Assembly (NCBI GenBank): GCA_965235115.1
Contig: OZ249436.1
Location: 19,904,001 to 19,968,000, forward strand
Reading direction: 5' to 3'
From: Laetmonice hystrix
Taxonomy: Eukaryota
Length of the DNA stretch: 64,000 bases
The translations under genes and the position numbers were made by a program. A model generated the notes under the pieces. The model was not told where the DNA came from. It did not search any database and saw only the letters and a list, made by a program, of their open reading frames with translations. Positions 24,522 through 34,087 of the stretch are shown here, piece after piece (positions within the stretch are counted from its first letter, which is position 1; every line of letters starts with the position of its first letter).

Positions 24522-25190
24522 TCAGACTCCAGCTTTCGTTGGTTTTAGTTCTACCAATTTGACAGGAAACTTGACTTTGTCCAGATCAGAGCACACCTGC
24601 TGAAAGCGTCTCTTTGCTTCACATCCCCTAACATAGATTTTGACGAGAGGGCATTCACCCCCTGCCTGCCCTGCCCTCTCATGCACAGCAGCCTGGGCTA
24701 TGCTGCGGGAGACTAAACCTTTCAGGTTGTCTTTGACAATCTGGAACAAAGAGGCAGCTATTACTTTCTCCTCGGTTTGGTGTGGTTGCAGGGTGGGTTT
24801 CACAACAGCTCCCAGCTCATTCTTCTGCATGACAGAATAAAGGAACCTTTCATCAAAATCGCCATCAAATGATATGACCCAAAAACCAACACATGGGTAC
24901 ACATTATACTTCTTGTTTAGGACAGCTGTGGCTGTCAAAGTTGAGAAAAAACACTGAATGCCAGGGACATTCTCCATTTCATCATCCAGGACTCTCTGGT
25001 AGGATATAATATTTTTCCATACAAGTTCTCTGGTTTCAGGTTCCTGGGTGTTCCAGCTCATACGAAAGGCCATCATTTTGCAACCATTTTTGATACTGGG
25101 CCTCACGATCCCCTTGGAAAGGATATCCCGCACAGGTTGAGACCTCACTCCAGAAGCAGGCCAAATGGGACCATTTGAAGAACTGCCAAT
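24522..25190 (-). CDS. Alternative terminal exon V12, array domain (chimera of the V13 5' end and the pseudo-exon body)
   Basis: Acceptor attttcacttcag|ATT, phase 0; open to stop at 24522; 25081-25597 matches 23998-24482, and 24506-25085 matches 28209-28680. Confidence 0.8.
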   Translation of the reverse strand: MGSSSNGPIWPASGVRSQPVRDILSKGIVRPSIKNGCKMMAFRMSWNTQEPETRELVWKNIISYQRVLDDEMENVPGIQCFFSTLTATAVLNKKYNVYPCVGFWVISFDGDFDERFLYSVMQKNELGAVVKPTLQPHQTEEKVIAASLFQIVKDNLKGLVSRSIAQAAVHERAGQAGGECPLVKIYVRGCEAKRRFQQVCSDLDKVKFPVKLVELKPTKAGV

Positions 25191-25582
25191 CTGAAGTGAA
25201 AATGCAAAACATTTACATTGTTTTCTTGTTCGTCCAGAGCCGTGTATGATTCAAGATCAGACTCGGCAATGGCTGTCCACTGAAGCAAACCACAGAAAAA
25301 CTTTTACAGGCCCTTGCCATCCAAACCCAAATTCTTCTTGCAATCTTTCGTACTGATATCATTTATTTGTAAATCAGATCTCAGCTACGGATTGCAATGT
25401 CATAACATGATGGCTGCTCTGCACAGGTCAACCTATAAAGTGAGCAATGATGGTTCTACGACGTGTCTGCATTTTCAGGGATGGAATACTGCACAGTCAA
25501 TGGGACCCGTCTCCTGTGTCAACAATTCAATTGGAGTTAACAAGTTAACTCTAGACCTGCGAATGTAATCTCCACATTGGGT

Positions 25583-26254
25583 TTAACCCTCTCCTGGTAC
25601 CACTAATTCCACGGGAAACCTTGCAGTAGTCAGACTATCATGAGCTTCTTTTCCAAGCTGCACATCATCATCTCGTAAAATATAAATCTTGACAATTGAT
25701 GGTTGCCCTCTGGCACCAACACTGAACTGTGAGCTAGCATCCACCATTCGCCTGACATTGCCCTCTACATTATCTTTAACCACCGTGTATGCAGCATTGC
25801 AAATGTCCTTTGAAGACTGCTGGTAAGGCTGAAGCAAAAGCTTTATCGTAGCCCCAAACATATTGGCTTGCATGTGGCTGAACATCTGTCGCTCGTCAAA
25901 AGCTTCACTGTCTGCAGCCACCCAGTAGGCCATGCCTGGATGGACCCGGTACTGGGGCCTCGTGTCCTTGCCAGACTGGGTTGACTGTGTAGCAGTAATG
26001 GCCGACACATACATGCGGATTCCACTCAGTTCAGCCAGCATCTTGTCGAGCTTGTCGCGCCATCCTACAATTTGGTTCCAAACCTCCTGTATGTAGTGAT
26101 CTTCTTGTTTGATCCAACTGAGGCGGAAGGCGGACACTCTCCATCCCCGCTGTAAGACGGGCGTGATCAGGCTGCTATTGAGAGCCTCCTGAACGGTCCT
26201 TGAAGTTAGTTTCCGTGCCGGCAACGTCAACTTGCTGGGACCTAAAGCCCCCAT
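25583..26254 (-). CDS. Alternative terminal exon V11, array domain
   Basis: Acceptor ttgtcacttcag|ATG, phase 0; AFRLSW, VSAITAT, HPGMAYW, QPYQQ, VKDNVEGNVRRMV. Confidence 0.85.
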   Translation of the reverse strand: MGALGPSKLTLPARKLTSRTVQEALNSSLITPVLQRGWRVSAFRLSWIKQEDHYIQEVWNQIVGWRDKLDKMLAELSGIRMYVSAITATQSTQSGKDTRPQYRVHPGMAYWVAADSEAFDERQMFSHMQANMFGATIKLLLQPYQQSSKDICNAAYTVVKDNVEGNVRRMVDASSQFSVGARGQPSIVKIYILRDDDVQLGKEAHDSLTTARFPVELVVPGEG

Positions 26255-26581
26255 CTGAAGTGACAATTGACAGCAAACTGGAGGTTAGGTGTCAGCCAGT
26301 ATGATGTGGATGGGGATCCAGCTGAGAGAGGCATCACTTAATACTTCTAGTAACACTAACGAGAAATTTAATCCAGTCAATCACCATGAAAATACTAATG
26401 CAAGTGTCATAAAAGAAACCTCTGTCAGGCCTTCAATTCAGGTTTGAGAAGATATATTTTCTTGGGTTTCCTTTGCCCTGCCTGTTGTCAGATTTTACCT
26501 CAACCTTTCCACCATCCTCCATAAACAGTGAGAGACATGAATTCAGTCTACCAACACTTTGGCCAGGCATGAAGAACCAGT

Positions 26582-27250
26582 TTACTGATACGCTTTCTCT
26601 ACCTCTACTGTAAATCGTGCATCATCAAGCCTTCTCTGCAGATCGAGAACCAACTCCTCAACAACACCATCTAACACAATGAACCTCACAGTGGGCGCTC
26701 CCGGATTTACCTCTGTGTCAGCTCCGGTATCAACTTTCCGCCGTACATACCCGTGCATGTTATCCTTTAGAACACTAAAGAGAACATTACTCAGTGTCAC
26801 TTGTGACTGTTGATACGGCTGTATGAGCAGTTTGAAAGTTGCACCAAGAGGATTGTTTTGCATCGCATTAAATAGGTTCCTATCATTTAACGTTTCCTCA
26901 CTTGACACGACCCAGTATCCTACCCCTGGGTAAATGCTGTACTGCGGCCTGCCACAAGCCAAACTTTCCATCTCTTGTCCTTTTCTCTTTGTGGTCTTGG
27001 TTGCTGTGATCGCTGATATAGCAAAAAGGACACCTGGTACTTGTTTTATTCTGGCATCCAGTTCTGATTGAAATATCATAATCTGATTCCAAACTGACTC
27101 AAGATACCTAATGTCAGTATTGATCCAACTCAGACGAAATGAATTGATACGGTATCCCTTCTGCATGACTGGTAATACAAGGAAGGTATCGAGGACCTCC
27201 TTAGCCTGCCGATTCTGGAGCTGCTGGGCTGGCAGTTCCGCTTGGCTTAT
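26582..27250 (-). CDS. Alternative terminal exon V10, array domain
   Basis: Acceptor ttttttgcacttcag|ATA, phase 0, open frame ISQAELPAQQLQNRQAKEVL...; SFRLSW, ISAITAT, YPGVGYW, QPYQQ, LKDNMHG. Confidence 0.85.
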   Translation of the reverse strand: MSQAELPAQQLQNRQAKEVLDTFLVLPVMQKGYRINSFRLSWINTDIRYLESVWNQIMIFQSELDARIKQVPGVLFAISAITATKTTKRKGQEMESLACGRPQYSIYPGVGYWVVSSEETLNDRNLFNAMQNNPLGATFKLLIQPYQQSQVTLSNVLFSVLKDNMHGYVRRKVDTGADTEVNPGAPTVRFIVLDGVVEELVLDLQRRLDDARFTVEVEKAYQ

Positions 27251-27397
27251 CTGAAGTGCAAAAAATAGGAAAGAAGACTGAGTCTGCTTGTTTTGATAAA
27301 GCCTTAATCATTTAGACCTATACTCCACCTCAAAGTTACTCCCACCTGGAACACCAAGATATACTGCTATGTCAAATGTGGCAGTGCACCCTTTAAA

Positions 27398-28063
27398 CTA
27401 CAAGTCATTATCTGTCATAATATCCATGTGAAATCTGGCTGCGGTAAGGACTGGATAAATCCTCTGTAACACATTCTCAGTTAGGGCACTACAATAAAAT
27501 ACTCTGACAATTAGACTCTGGTTAGTGTTGGGCAGCTTGTAGCTGTCAACCGATCTCCTCACCATTCCGTCTATGTTGTCTTTCACAACACTACACAGTG
27601 CATTTGACACGGATTTTTCATCTTTCTGATATGGCTGTAAAATAAGTTTCATTGTCGCTCCCAACTGATTTGTTTGCATTTGGTTGTACAGGATTCTTTC
27701 ATCAAATGTATCATCGGTAGACTGTAGCCAGTACGCTACACCAGGATACACGTTATATTTGTTCTTCGGATGATGCGTTTTTTTCTTATGGACTGCTGTT
27801 GCAGTCAGTGCTGAAAAGTAGCACTGAATCCCCGGGATGATTTTCAATAATTCATCAAGTTTGTCTCGAAGACACATTAATTGACTCCAGATGCCCTGCA
27901 AGTATGCTGCATCTTGACTGATCCAACTCATGCGAAATGCCACTGTTTTCCCACCAGTCTGCAGCAATGCTGGAACAAGCTGGTTTGTGAGGATATCTTT
28001 TACTTGTCTGGCCTGAAGGCATGGAGCTGGGAGGGTTGTCTCGCCTTGGTAAGCTGCAGTCAT
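27398..28063 (-). CDS. Alternative terminal exon V9, array domain
   Basis: Acceptor gttctcgcttcag|ATG, phase 0; AFRMSW, FSALTAT, YPGVAYW, QPYQK, VKDNIDG. Confidence 0.85.
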   Translation of the reverse strand: MTAAYQGETTLPAPCLQARQVKDILTNQLVPALLQTGGKTVAFRMSWISQDAAYLQGIWSQLMCLRDKLDELLKIIPGIQCYFSALTATAVHKKKTHHPKNKYNVYPGVAYWLQSTDDTFDERILYNQMQTNQLGATMKLILQPYQKDEKSVSNALCSVVKDNIDGMVRRSVDSYKLPNTNQSLIVRVFYCSALTENVLQRIYPVLTAARFHMDIMTDNDL

Positions 28064-28236
28064 CTGAAGCGAGAACCAAGGACAATCAGATTGCAAGGCA
28101 TTGCCATGAATACCTTTGGACGCCTGACATATGCAGCAAAAATACTTCTTCGGTCCAATCATGTCTTGCTGCCAGGATTTTGGGTGATGAGGATCGATTT
28201 TGATTCATGATTTAATTTTCAGGTTTGGTGTCGGCT

Positions 28237-28780
28237 GTAGACTCCTGCTTTCGTTGGCTTTAGTTCTACCAATTTGACAGGAAACTTGACTTTGTCCAGA
28301 TCACAGCACACCTGCTGAAAGCATCTAGTTGCTTCACATCCCCGACATACACTTTGACGAGAGGGCATTCACCCCCTGCCTGCCCTCCCCTCTCATGCAC
28401 AGCAGCCAGGGATACTTTCATCAAAATCGTCATCAAAATGATCAAATGATACGACCCAAAAACCAACACATGGGTACACATTATACTTTGTTCCAGCAAA
28501 GTCTTTCTTCTTGAGGACAGCCGTGGGTGTCAAAGTTGAGAAAAAACAATGAATGCCTGGGACGTTTCCCATTTGATCATCCAGGACTCTCTGGTAGGAT
28601 ATAATACTTTTCCATACAAGTTCTCTGGTTTCAAGCTCCTGGGTGTTCCAGCTCATACAAAAGGCCATCATTTTGCAACCCTGACATAGAAATGCAGACT
28701 ACCAGTTTGGTCAGAATGTCCCGGGATGGACGACACTGCAGACTGGTTGATGGTTTCTCCTTATTCAGGGCAGAAATCCG
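28237..28780 (-). pseudogene. Pseudo-exon of the array domain
   Basis: Probable acceptor reads CAA rather than CAG (28781-28783); frameshifts; ~150-bp internal deletion relative to 24522-25085, with which it is otherwise highly similar. Confidence 0.8.
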
Positions 28781-29899
28781 TTGGGCAAACAAAACAAAAA
28801 ATCCCTGTAGATTGCCGATTAACTTTCTAGCGCATTTGATGTTAAGCAGATTTTCCAACTTTAATCATTGAGGTTTTTGGGATGTGAATCCTCCAGACCT
28901 TCATCATTAAAACTTATTCCTAAATGTTTTTTCTAAATTTCTTTCCACGTACAACAAAATGTAATTTACTTCAGTCCTATTCATTTTTAAATCCCATGAT
29001 ATCCATTATACCAAACTCATTACTTTTGACCAAGTCAAGAAATGAAAGGTATAGTTTTCCTCACTCTCTGGAGTACCACTTTCCTTATTGTGATTCAGTA
29101 CAGGTTTCCTCTCTCTACCAGACTACCACATGACACCAAGGCGTCTAAAAACATTTGAAAATAACCCAGTTCACTAAGCCAATAACCTAGGCGTGTTACA
29201 CCTTGAACACTTTCCTCACAGCTGTGCAACTGATTCCTTATTTACCAATCTCTGTTTCACCAAAGGCTTTAGAATCTCTGTTTCACCAAATGCTTTAGAT
29301 TAGTTTTGACAAAACTTTACTAGATATGATGTCCAGATTATGTTGTGCAAAAAGTTCTAAGCATCTTTACATGCATGCAACTCTCAGTTTCTAAGTAATG
29401 TAAATTTCAGTAGATACATGAAGTAAGCTTTCTTCAGCAGGCACTTACATACCACATCTTGTGGCCAATAAAAGGAAGGAAAGCCAACATATCCTTTCGA
29501 TGGGCAAGTACCTTTTTTAAAGTTTCTATTAAGGTGAGCGTTGAATGATTGGTTTTGTCCACATGCCAGTATATACCATACAGATTTAGCACCCTATTCA
29601 CACGGAACTTAAAGTCAATTTGTATACACTTTATTGTGCACACCAGAGATAAGTAATACTATAATGATTCACTCATACTGACAGCCTCGGAAGTTTGAAA
29701 CTCAAAAAAAGGCATTTCCAGTGACACACAGGTTCAGTCTGAATGTATGAGCCCCCATATATAACACACACATCAAATATTTCCACTATGTTAGAATGAC
29801 CTTCAGGTTATCTGCATACAACCTTGCGCTGTATACCATGTTTGAACTGCTACACATGGCACTTGCAACCATTTTGCTGAAGTAATTGGAATTCGCCAT

Positions 29900-30556
29900 C
29901 TACTCTACAATCATATCAAACCTAGCTGTTTTTAAGTTAAGCTGTGCTTCATTCAGTGTCTCAGTAAACCTGCTATTGATAGGAAAGGCCTTCACCACTG
30001 GGCACTGACCAGCTTGTTGTCCGAGACACTGCAGAGCACTGGCGTCAACCATGCGACGCACACATCCTTCCATGTTATCCTTCAGGACCCCGTACAGGGC
30101 TGTGCAGAGATCCTTTTTCGTGTTCTGATACGGCTGCAGGAGCAACTTCATGGTCGCTCCAAACGGATTCGCCTGCATTGTGTTAAAGAGCTCACGTTCA
30201 TTAAACCCCGTGTCTGCTGTTACAATCCAGTACGACACTCCGGGATAGATTTTTCTCTCGGATGGATCCTGCAATTTCTTGAGTCCAGATTTGGTTGCTG
30301 TTATTGCCGATATACAGACGTCTACTCCAGGTAAATTGGTAACCATGTCGTCCAACTTCACTCTGAGGTGCACGATCTCACTCCATACTTTGTGCAGATA
30401 GTCCCCAGCCTGACTAAACCAGCTCATGCGAAAAGCAGACACTTTATAACCTGGTTCTTGGAATGGAGACACTAAGTATCTCTCGAGCATTGTCCGAGCT
30501 TCTGGCGACTTTACACTGCCACTTGGCAGTGTGGATTCACTATGGTGGGTGAGCAT
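29900..30556 (-). CDS. Alternative terminal exon V8, array domain
   Basis: Acceptor gtttttacttcag|ATG, phase 0; AFRMSW, ISAITAT, YPGVSYW, QPYQN, LKDNMEGCVRRMV. Confidence 0.85.
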   Translation of the reverse strand: MLTHHSESTLPSGSVKSPEARTMLERYLVSPFQEPGYKVSAFRMSWFSQAGDYLHKVWSEIVHLRVKLDDMVTNLPGVDVCISAITATKSGLKKLQDPSERKIYPGVSYWIVTADTGFNERELFNTMQANPFGATMKLLLQPYQNTKKDLCTALYGVLKDNMEGCVRRMVDASALQCLGQQAGQCPVVKAFPINSRFTETLNEAQLNLKTARFDMIVE

Positions 30557-30661
30557 CTGAAGTAAAAACGGAACACATCGGTGAGAATTTAGACTATATC
30601 TGGTGTAGACGAGTAATAATCACACATTCACGGTGCTGTCCATGTAATGCCCGCAAATCTC

Positions 30662-31306
30662 TTATAGCACAGTGATATCAAACTTTGCAGCCTGAAGACT
30701 TGCTTGTGCTGCATACATGACCGATCTATACTTCATGTCCTTCACATATACCACAACTACTGAAGCGTGTTCTTCTTCTAAAGGGGGGAAAGATTCAGCA
30801 CTAGCAAAAACTAGTCGTCTCATCCAACCATTTGAGTTGTCCTTGACAACAATGTTCAGCGCCGCACCCGTTTCTTTCCTCGACTGCTGATATGGCTGCA
30901 GCAAGGGCTTCAGTGTGACACCAAAGGGCAATTTACTGGTCAAATCACGCAGGCATAATACACCAGTAGTCTGGTCAGTACCAATCCAGTAGGATAATCC
31001 TGGATACACATTGGGCTGAGAGGGGTCAGCCTTTTTGTTCTTGCCAGTATTTGTAGCCGTTATAGCCGAGATGCACACTTGTACCCCAGAGAGGTCCTTC
31101 ACAATGCAGTCCAACTCGTTTCGGATTTGTACAATTCGTGACCAAATATCCACAAGTTGCGAACTTTCCCTCCTAGGCCAACTCAAACGGAAAGCTGAGA
31201 CCATGCTGTTTTCAAGCAAAGGACACACTATATCCCTGTCGAGGAGGTCTCGGACCTGTCTGGACTGGACGGTTGGGGAGGGATTGTGCGCCTCACATGT
31301 TAATAT
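30662..31306 (-). CDS. Alternative terminal exon V7, array domain
   Basis: Acceptor ttttgttttacttcag|ATA, phase 0, open frame ILTCEAHNPSPTVQSRQVRDLL...; AFRLSW, ISAITAT, YPGLSYW, QPYQQ, VKDNSNG. Confidence 0.85.
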   Translation of the reverse strand: MLTCEAHNPSPTVQSRQVRDLLDRDIVCPLLENSMVSAFRLSWPRRESSQLVDIWSRIVQIRNELDCIVKDLSGVQVCISAITATNTGKNKKADPSQPNVYPGLSYWIGTDQTTGVLCLRDLTSKLPFGVTLKPLLQPYQQSRKETGAALNIVVKDNSNGWMRRLVFASAESFPPLEEEHASVVVVYVKDMKYRSVMYAAQASLQAAKFDITVL

Positions 31307-31791
31307 CTGAAGTAAAACAAAAGGTACTTGTCAAACTGCTAGTCCCGACAACGATCCACTGTTCTGGCAATAGTACTACTGAAATGTATACTTTCAAAAA
31401 CAAAAGTGCAACATCATCAAAACTAGGAACATAGCACTTTACACAAGGCAACATGCCCAAGAAGACCGAAAAGGCGTCAAAGTCTTTACCTTGTTAGAAC
31501 CACGTCTGATGAAAGCCAAGAAGGATAGTACTAGAAACACTTTATTTTCACTGATCTGTAGAAAATATTCTGGCCAGTACACTTATAAGTATAAGTTGAA
31601 AGCCGATATTCTATCATACCTAACCTATTAGATAAACCTCATGATGTAGTGTATTCATCATCATACGTCATTAGATGCTACTCATACCAGTAAACATAGT
31701 CAAACTCGAGTTTCTTTTGCTTGAACACTTAAAAATAGAATTACTGGTCAGACTAAGCATGAAACTACATTCATTCCTCAATAGTATGGTT

Positions 31792-32457
31792 TTATTTGTG
31801 ATGGTTCCAGGCACAGATGTCCATGCTCAATTTTACATTGTTGAGGGCCTCCTGTGCCTCCTGCAGCCTCTGCATCTCTGCAGTGCTGTCAGCCACATAC
31901 ACTTTCATTATTGGATGTATAAACCCCTTCTGCTCTTGTTGGAGCTCACTTGCCCTTTTGACCATACGTCTGACACAACCGTCAATGTTGTCCTTGAGAG
32001 CAGTGCACAAAGCACTACAAATATCTCTCTCATTCTGCTGATAGGGCTGCAGCAGCAGCTTCATCGTGGCCCCGGCTGTGTTGGTGTTCATGTGATTAAA
32101 CAAGGCGCGTTCACTGAACGCACTGTCTCGGAGAGCAATCCAATATGCCACCCCAGGATATACCCTACGTTGCTGACTCGCTTTGTCGACGGCTGAAATG
32201 GTGCCAGTTATTGCTGAAACTGCTATATGGATGCCCGAGATTTCTTGCACTCTGTTATCCATAATTTCTTGCAGTGATATAATCCTATTCCACATTTCGT
32301 CCAGGTAGAGTGGATCCTGACTAAACCAACTGAGGCGAAATGCTGTCACTTTGTAGCCCTGTGCCAAATACGGTGAAACAAATACTTGTTGCAGCAAACG
32401 CTTGACTGCAGGGGAGGAGATGGCAGGGGCTGGCAGTGTCATTAATGCAGGGGCCAT
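31792..32457 (-). CDS. Alternative terminal exon V6, array domain
   Basis: Acceptor tttcttctactgcag|ATG, phase 0; AFRLSW, VSAITGT, YPGVAYW, QPYQQ, LKDNIDGCVRRMV. Confidence 0.85.
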   Translation of the reverse strand: MAPALMTLPAPAISSPAVKRLLQQVFVSPYLAQGYKVTAFRLSWFSQDPLYLDEMWNRIISLQEIMDNRVQEISGIHIAVSAITGTISAVDKASQQRRVYPGVAYWIALRDSAFSERALFNHMNTNTAGATMKLLLQPYQQNERDICSALCTALKDNIDGCVRRMVKRASELQQEQKGFIHPIMKVYVADSTAEMQRLQEAQEALNNVKLSMDICAWNHHK

Positions 32458-32594
32458 CTGCAGTAGAAGAAATAAGATGACTAGTTACTACTGATTGAAA
32501 TGCAATGACACGTCCTGTTGCTGTGAAAATAATTTCAAGCGGGTTTTCACACAAACTACGCTAAAGTTCTTGTCATGAAATTTCAGTCTGAAAC

Positions 32595-33230
32595 TCAATA
32601 GGTTTCCACTTCCATGTGAAATTTAACAGAACGGACTTTTTCTCGGAACTGCTCTAGTTGCGCTACATCTGTCATGTTTTGAATGAAGAGCTTAACAATG
32701 GGGTATACTCCAGGGTCTTGGCCCATTGTTGCCACAGCACTGTCAATCATTCTCCGAACACAACCCTCATTATTGTCCTTCACGGTGCTGTAAAGGGCAT
32801 TACAAATATCTTCCTTCGACTGCTGGTATGGCTGAAGTAGCAGCTTCATGGTCGCTCCCAGTTGGTTTTCATGCATCCTGTTGAATATATCTCTTTCCAC
32901 CAGACTACTCTCTCCAGCAACCCAATAAGCAATGCCAGGATAAACAAGTTTTTTTCTTTTTCCAGAAGTTGTGCCAGTTACAGCTGACACAAATCTTCTC
33001 ACCCCGAGAATTTGTTTCATAGATGAATCAAGCTGGTGTCTAAGGACTGTGATGGTGCTCCATGTTGCCCGAAGCCTGTCCAAATCATCTATAAACCAGC
33101 TCATCCGAAAGGCAAAGATTTTCAGGCCTTCTTCAAGGGTTGTCTCCACAATATTTTCGCACAGCACCTCTCTTGCAGCCTTTGACTGAAGTGTTGGATT
33201 CGGTCTTGTCATCAGCAGCTCGACATGCAT
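32595..33230 (-). CDS. Alternative terminal exon V5, array domain
   Basis: Acceptor ggtttcgacttcag|ATG, phase 0; AFRMSW, VSAVTGT, YPGIAYW, QPYQQ, VKDNNEGCVRRMI. Confidence 0.85.
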   Translation of the reverse strand: MHVELLMTRPNPTLQSKAAREVLCENIVETTLEEGLKIFAFRMSWFIDDLDRLRATWSTITVLRHQLDSSMKQILGVRRFVSAVTGTTSGKRKKLVYPGIAYWVAGESSLVERDIFNRMHENQLGATMKLLLQPYQQSKEDICNALYSTVKDNNEGCVRRMIDSAVATMGQDPGVYPIVKLFIQNMTDVAQLEQFREKVRSVKFHMEVETY

Positions 33231-33424
33231 CTGAAGTCGAAACCAAAGGAGAGTTCAGCCATCTCTCCAGGAAATATTTCCTACTCAACAACTAATGTAA
33301 ATGTAAAAATGTAAAAAAAGGTTCACTCCGTATTTTAACGGTAGGCATCATTAGACATCAACTAATGGGTTATTCCCATCATACTGGATGATTAGTTCAC
33401 TACGTGTACCATTATGATAAGGGG

Positions 33425-34087
33425 TTAAGAATTGACGAGTTCAATGTGAAATCGCAGCTCAGTCAAAGAATCCATGGCTTCTGAAATGCCTTGCACATCT
33501 TCCACGCACTTCAACAATTTGGCTACTGGACAATACTGGTATTGTGCAAGACTTCCCTGTAAGCTCTTGTCGACCATTCTGCGAACACATCCCTCCATAT
33601 TGTCCTTGAGAACTTGGTACAGACCATTGGCTATGGATTTATCTGTTTGCTGAAACGGCTGTAATAGAAGTTTCATTGTGGCTCCCAAACCATTGTTTTG
33701 CATGTGATTAAACAGATTACATTCTGAAAAATCAGCTGAGGATACTAGCCAATAGGCCACACCAGGAAACATGAGCCTCTTCTGAGTGGGAGCATCCTTT
33801 TTCTTGCCCGATGTTGTGGCTGTGATGGCAGAGATAAAATACACAAAGCCACTCATCTCTTGCAGTCTCTCATCGAGCCGGTTACGAAGCTGAACAATCT
33901 GGTCCCATACTGGATTTAGCTGCTCAGTGCTCTGTCCGAACCAGCTTAAGCGGAATGCAGAGATCTTATGACCTGCCCTCAAGGCTGGCCTCACAAAATG
34001 TGACATCAGCACATCTCTCACTGGGCGAGACTGCAGGGTGGGACTTGGCCACATCATGTCCCTTTCCTCAGGAGCAACCAAATATTG
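33425..34087 (-). CDS. Alternative terminal exon V4, array domain
   Basis: Acceptor ttcatctggtttcag|CAA, phase 0; AFRLSW, ISAITAT, FPGVAYW, QPFQQ, LKDNMEGCVRRMV. Confidence 0.85.
   Translation of the reverse strand, partial: QYLVAPEERDMMWPSPTLQSRPVRDVLMSHFVRPALRAGHKISAFRLSWFGQSTEQLNPVWDQIVQLRNRLDERLQEMSGFVYFISAITATTSGKKKDAPTQKRLMFPGVAYWLVSSADFSECNLFNHMQNNGLGATMKLLLQPFQQTDKSIANGLYQVLKDNMEGCVRRMVDKSLQGSLAQYQYCPVAKLLKCVEDVQGISEAMDSLTELRFHIELVNS

Noticed and set aside
14959..33189. Overlapping alternative-frame and antisense ORFs within the array exons (e.g. 19633-19893, 21861-22118, 31675-32196)
   Set aside because: Shadows of the conserved coding frame; not maintained across paralogues.
14546..34087. 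Operon or cluster of independent single-exon genes (or a bacterial contaminant)
   Set aside because: Many ORFs lack an ATG where homology begins, all start right after a phase-0 CAG acceptor, spacers are often too short for promoters, and context is clearly animal.
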